From contig CBDFLE010000005.1 in assembly GCA_965248925.1 (NCBI GenBank), positions 1,152,001-1,216,000 of the forward strand: 64,000 nucleotides of DNA. Reading direction: 5' to 3'. Shown here in pieces: positions 58,213-64,000 of this stretch (within the stretch, counting starts at the first letter, position 1; every line of letters begins with the position of its first letter). The stretch comes from Candidatus Multivoradales bacterium. Lineage in GTDB: Bacteria > Acidobacteriota > Thermoanaerobaculia > Multivoradales > J023. Below the pieces are notes generated by a model. That model saw nothing but the letters and a program-made list of their open reading frames with translations, did not search any database and was not told where the DNA came from. The translations under genes were made by a program, and so were the position numbers.

Positions 58213-58286
58213 TCCAGCTCTTCAAATAATCCAGCTCTTCAAGTAACCCGGTTCTTCAGCCAACCTTGCTTTTCAAACGACCCAAC
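58202..58286 (+). repeat. Five 17-bp tandem repeats that decay progressively
   Basis: TCTTCAAATAATCCAGC x2, TCTTCAAGTAACCCGGT, TCTTCAGCCAACCTTGC, TTTTCAAACGACCCAAC; the first unit spans the E1 stop codon. Confidence 0.8.
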
Positions 58287-58418
58287 GGCGCCATCCAGGC
58301 CTCGCTACTAACTCGCCACAAACTTGGAAGCCGACACTGATCTCCACCCTCCATACCGTCTCCCAGCTCCCCGCCCCGTTCCCTGGGCCGGGGAGAAGAC
58401 GCTTGAGCCATCCTCACC

Positions 58419-59675
58419 GTGAAACTGCACCATCTGGGTCCAGGAATATTGCTGGCCGCCACTTCGATCGGCGCCAGTCACTTGCTGATGAGCCCGGAAG
58501 CCGGAGCTCGCTTCGAGTACCAGTTGGTCTGGCTGGTGGTCTTGGCCCATGCCCTGAAGTACATGGCGTTCGAAGCCGCGCCGCGCTATGTGGCGGCCCA
58601 AGGCGAGTCCCTGCTCGACGCCTACGCCACAGCGCCGGGGCCGCGTCATTGGGCGATCTGGCTCGGGCTGATCGATATGACCATTCAAGCTCTCGGCCTG
58701 ATTGCAGCGCTGATCGGACTAACCGCCAGCTTTCTGGTGGCGGCGCTCGGCGGCGGACTGAAAGTGTGGAGCCTGCTACTGGCTCTGGGTCTACTGAGCA
58801 TGCTGCGCTGGGGCAATTATCGCTCTCTACGGGTGGTCAACTTGGTGGCCATGCTGGCCCTAGCCGTCGGCACCCTGGTGGCATTTGCTACTGCTCCACC
58901 GCCAACAGCCAAGATCTTCGAAATTTTCCAGCCGACTCTGCCACCGGGCTCATTGCTGCTGGTGGTCGCCATCCTGGGCTACATGCCCACTTCGGTGGCG
59001 GTGTCGATCTGGCAATCACTGTGGGCCCTGGAACAGGGGCGCTTCTCAACCAACCGCAACCGACCGGACGACCGCCGCGCCGCTTTGCGCGCCGGGTTGA
59101 TCGATCTGCGGTTGGGCTATGCCTTGTCGGCCGGACTGGCCATCTGCTTCGTCTGCCTGGGAGCTTCGTTGCTCTATCCTCGCGGCCTGGTGCCCGAGGG
59201 ACCGCAGGTAGCCCTGACCTTGTCGAGCCTCTACACCTTGGTGCTCGGCGCCTGGATGCGGCCGGTGGTCTTGGCGATGGCTTTCCTCGCTCTGGCCACG
59301 ACTTGCTACACGATGATGGACGGTTTCCCGCGGGCCTTCGTGGCCGCTTTGCGAGTGCTCTCCGGCCGGCCGGCGGCCGGCGGAAGAGCAGACCGCCCTT
59401 ACTGGATCTTTCTCTTGATCGTGACCTTCGGTGGCATGGCGCTGCTGTCGAACGTTCCCGACCCGGCCTTCTTGGTGAAGGCGGTGGGAGCTTTCGGCTT
59501 ACTGCTATCGCCGGTGTACTTCACCCTCAATCTGTGGGCCGTGCATCGGCGCATCGACGATCCGGCGCTAAGGCCCGGTCCGTTGGCCACCCTGGTTTCG
59601 ATCCTCGGTATCTTGTTCCTGCTGTTCACCGCCGGCCTGTTCTTGTGGACATTGTTCCCCGGAGCTGGCGCGTGA
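58419..59675 (+). CDS. NRAMP-related divalent cation transporter
   Basis: LGPGILLAATSIGASHL...AGARF.YQLVW, TMMDGFPR, about 11 TM helices. Confidence 0.88.
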   Translation: MKLHHLGPGILLAATSIGASHLLMSPEAGARFEYQLVWLVVLAHALKYMAFEAAPRYVAAQGESLLDAYATAPGPRHWAIWLGLIDMTIQALGLIAALIGLTASFLVAALGGGLKVWSLLLALGLLSMLRWGNYRSLRVVNLVAMLALAVGTLVAFATAPPPTAKIFEIFQPTLPPGSLLLVVAILGYMPTSVAVSIWQSLWALEQGRFSTNRNRPDDRRAALRAGLIDLRLGYALSAGLAICFVCLGASLLYPRGLVPEGPQVALTLSSLYTLVLGAWMRPVVLAMAFLALATTCYTMMDGFPRAFVAALRVLSGRPAAGGRADRPYWIFLLIVTFGGMALLSNVPDPAFLVKAVGAFGLLLSPVYFTLNLWAVHRRIDDPALRPGPLATLVSILGILFLLFTAGLFLWTLFPGAGA

Positions 59676-59801
59676 TGCAGGTCCTTGCTCGCCCCTCGGC
59701 GTGCCCTAGGGGCGCGCGCGGTAGAGCGTCAACCCGGCTCGCCCGCCGGCCTCCAGAAGGCCTGGCGCGGCCAGCCCCGACACAATTCAAACGGTGTAAA
59801 T

Positions 59802-62402
59802 TTGAGCAGAAGAATGTTGATCAACGCGCAGCGCCCAGAGCAGCTGCGCCTAGCGATTGTCGAAGGCAAGATCCTCGAGGACTACCAAGTCGACATCAAA
59901 GAAGCTGGCCTGACCCGCGGCAACATCTATCGCGGAGTGGTTGCTAATATCCAACCCAGCCTGAACGCGGCCTTTATCGACCTGGGAGAGGAACGCCACG
60001 GCTTCCTGTCGGCTGATGACGTGCTACCGCACGCCTACCACCGCCAACCCCCCGAGGGTGCCCGACGCCCGCGGATCGATCAAATCCTGGAAAAACGCCG
60101 GCAAATCGAAGTTCAGGTCACCAAAGATGGTATCGGCCGCAAAGGGCCGGCCCTGACCACCAACTTGGCGATCGCCGGTCGCTACCTGGTGTTGATGCCC
60201 CACGACGAGGTGCGCGCCATCTCGCGCAAGGCTGAAGGCAGCGAAGCCCGCGACAAGGTGCGCGACCGGCTCGACAAGCTCAAACTGCCGGAAAATCACG
60301 GCGTCATAGTCCGCACCAACGGCTTGGAGCAAAACCAAACCACTCTGAACCGCGACCTCAGCGCCTTGTTGCGGTTGTGGCGGCGCATCGCCGAAGCGAG
60401 CCACCAGGCCAAGGGCGCCAAGCTGCTGTACTCCGACCAGGATCTGCTGATGCAGGCCCTGCGCGACTATCTGGATAGTTCGATGACCGAGGTGGTGGTC
60501 GACAACGACGAGGCTTACGCCAAAGCGGCCAACTATATGCGCGCTTTCATGCCGCGCTCCAAGACTCGGCTGCTGCGCTATCGCGAGCGGGTACCGCTGT
60601 TCAGCCGCTATCAGCTCGAAGAGCATATCGACCGGATCTATGAACGCCAGGTTCCCTTACCCTCTGGGGGTTCGATCGTCATCGACGGTACCGAGGCACT
60701 GACCGCCATCGATGTCAACTCCGGGCGAGCGACCAAGACCACTGACCATGAAGAGTCGATCTTCAACGTCAACATGGAGGCCGCCACCGAAATTGGCCGG
60801 CAACTACGCTTGCGCGATATCGGCGGCCTGGTGGTGATCGACTTCATCGACATGCGGCTGCGCAAGCACCAGCGCAAGCTCGAAAAAGAAATGCGCGACG
60901 CCATGAAGGCGGACAAGGCGCGCCATTCGGTAAGCCGGATCAGCGCCAACGGTCTGGTGGAGATCAATCGCCAGCGGATCAAGCAAGCGCTGCGCCAGCG
61001 CACCCACCGCGCCTGTCCGACCTGCTCTGGTGTCGGCTCGGTGCCGAGCGCAGGCTTCTCTGCCCAATCGGTTTTGCGCAGAATCGAAACCCGGGCAGCG
61101 TCCGGCATGGTGCAAGCTGTCACCGTCGCTCTGCACCCGGAGATCGCCGACGCCCTGCAGAACCGGTACCGGAATGATCTGGCCAGATTGGAAGTAGACT
61201 TCGAGATGCATGTCGAGGTTCTGGCGACCTCTACCTTCAGCCGCAGCGAAGAGAGGATCGACTGGACCGCCCGCGAGCGCAAAGTAGACCCCGCCGCCGC
61301 GACGCTGTCGGCCGACGACCTGCTGACCAGTGTCAAGAGTCGGCGGCGCGGCGGGCGCGGCCGCAAGCACGGCACCGACGACGCCGAGATCGAAGAACAG
61401 AGCGCCGAGCTAGAAGCCAGCGACAGCGACACCGAGAACGCCGCCAAGCCGGCTCGTAGACGCGGCCGACGACGCGGCCGCAAGCCGGCCGCGGAAAGCG
61501 CGACCGGTGAAACTCGGCAGAGTGCCAACACGGCCGGCGATGAGCCAGCCAAAGAGCCACAGGCGGCGAAGCGCGGCTCGCGGGGCAGACGCGGAGGCCG
61601 CGCAAAGGCTAGCGACAGCGATGCCCACCAAGTCAGCGGAGAGGCGCTGAATGATGCCGCCGATGCTGATTGCGATGCCGCGGCTGCGAGCAAGCCCAAA
61701 CGCCGCCGCGGCCGCCGCGGCGGACGCGGTCGGCGGAAAAAGACCGAGGACGCCCAGACCCCGGAAATCGCCACCGAGGGCAAAGCTGAACGAGCCGTTG
61801 GAAACATCCGCGATGAACCACCTACAGCAGATTCCAGCTGGTCATCCCCAACTCACGAAGCGCCCGCGGCTACGGGTGGCGCATTCATGTTCCGCGATTC
61901 CCCAGCGACCTCGCCAGTCGCTGAACAGGCGCCAGTCACTCGGCGGCCGCCGATCGCTGAGCAGCCGCCAGTCGATGAGCAGCCCAAACCAAAGAGAAAG
62001 CGCCCCGCGCCGCGGCGTCGGGCGACCTTGGCAGAACCTGCGAAAACGCCGGCACCAGAGACCCCAGGGTCGGCACCCGCTGGGCTCCGACCCACTCTAG
62101 CCGAACTCAGTGGCCGTCAAACCCAGACCCCGACGCCACCGGTGTCAACCGCACCGATGGCGGTCAAACCGGTCACAGCCAAACCGGTCACAGCCAAACC
62201 GGTCACGGCCAAACCGGTAGCGATCAAGTCGCCGTCAAAGCCAGCCAAGCTCCAATCGGTCCCCGACGCGGCTAGCGGTAGTGACGATCCGACAGCCGAC
62301 ACGCCAGAGAGCTCCCGTTCGTCGTGGCAGTGGTGGCGAGGTGGCGGGGATTCCGCCGGCAAAGGCGAGGTGAAGGCCGAGCCGCCATCTTCCGAAGAGT
62401 GA
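59802..62402 (+). CDS. rne: Ribonuclease E/G with long disordered C-terminal region
   Basis: RMLINA, GNIYRG...PSLNAAFID, VQVTKD..GRKGP.LTT, AIDVNSG, QLRLRDIGGLVVIDFIDM, CPTC zinc link; Arg/Pro-rich tail; start TTG 59802 or ATG 59814. Confidence 0.93.
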   Translation: MSRRMLINAQRPEQLRLAIVEGKILEDYQVDIKEAGLTRGNIYRGVVANIQPSLNAAFIDLGEERHGFLSADDVLPHAYHRQPPEGARRPRIDQILEKRRQIEVQVTKDGIGRKGPALTTNLAIAGRYLVLMPHDEVRAISRKAEGSEARDKVRDRLDKLKLPENHGVIVRTNGLEQNQTTLNRDLSALLRLWRRIAEASHQAKGAKLLYSDQDLLMQALRDYLDSSMTEVVVDNDEAYAKAANYMRAFMPRSKTRLLRYRERVPLFSRYQLEEHIDRIYERQVPLPSGGSIVIDGTEALTAIDVNSGRATKTTDHEESIFNVNMEAATEIGRQLRLRDIGGLVVIDFIDMRLRKHQRKLEKEMRDAMKADKARHSVSRISANGLVEINRQRIKQALRQRTHRACPTCSGVGSVPSAGFSAQSVLRRIETRAASGMVQAVTVALHPEIADALQNRYRNDLARLEVDFEMHVEVLATSTFSRSEERIDWTARERKVDPAAATLSADDLLTSVKSRRRGGRGRKHGTDDAEIEEQSAELEASDSDTENAAKPARRRGRRRGRKPAAESATGETRQSANTAGDEPAKEPQAAKRGSRGRRGGRAKASDSDAHQVSGEALNDAADADCDAAAASKPKRRRGRRGGRGRRKKTEDAQTPEIATEGKAERAVGNIRDEPPTADSSWSSPTHEAPAATGGAFMFRDSPATSPVAEQAPVTRRPPIAEQPPVDEQPKPKRKRPAPRRRATLAEPAKTPAPETPGSAPAGLRPTLAELSGRQTQTPTPPVSTAPMAVKPVTAKPVTAKPVTAKPVAIKSPSKPAKLQSVPDAASGSDDPTADTPESSRSSWQWWRGGGDSAGKGEVKAEPPSSEE
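62166..62220 (+). repeat. 15-bp coding tandem repeat (KPVTA)
   Basis: AAACCGGTCACAGCC x2, AAACCGGTCACGGCC, then a partial fourth copy. Confidence 0.85.
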
Positions 62403-62455
62403 TTCTGACCTCCGCACCGTCCCGATCGGGTCCGAGGACCCAGGAGACCGCCGTG

Positions 62456-64000
<1,545 letters not shown>

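Noticed and set aside
58202-58286. Possible mini CRISPR array
   Set aside because: Units are contiguous with no spacers and no cas genes are present

Overview
GC-rich bacterial genomic window. The protein families suggest an Acidobacteriota/Thermoanaerobaculia-like organism, but that is inference only. It holds about 40 genes; I found no rRNA, tRNA or CRISPR array. Housekeeping genes (msrA end, Lon-N protein, pyrD, yhbY, adenosine deaminase, fused 2-oxoacid dehydrogenase E1, NRAMP, RNase E/G, amidase) alternate with accessory cargo. Main points: (1) a stand-alone ORF (22930-24195) carrying the ordered motif set of eukaryotic inositol polyphosphate kinases behind an effector-like leader; (2) a Septu/PtuAB-like ATPase + HNH operon whose ATPase carries an extra degenerate HNH domain; (3) an apparently decaying island of about 10 kb with an ISL3 element, a Sec-signal RHS toxin with a papain-like tip, a candidate immunity lipoprotein, a small Ig-like protein and an orphan Ntn/HslV-like peptidase; (4) a 3052-aa Calx-beta autotransporter; (5) a REPIN-like inverted repeat abutting a nuclease remnant; (6) a shared C-terminal LFxDxFESG...W motif on two unrelated secreted proteins. 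All calls come from reading motifs by eye; no database search was run.
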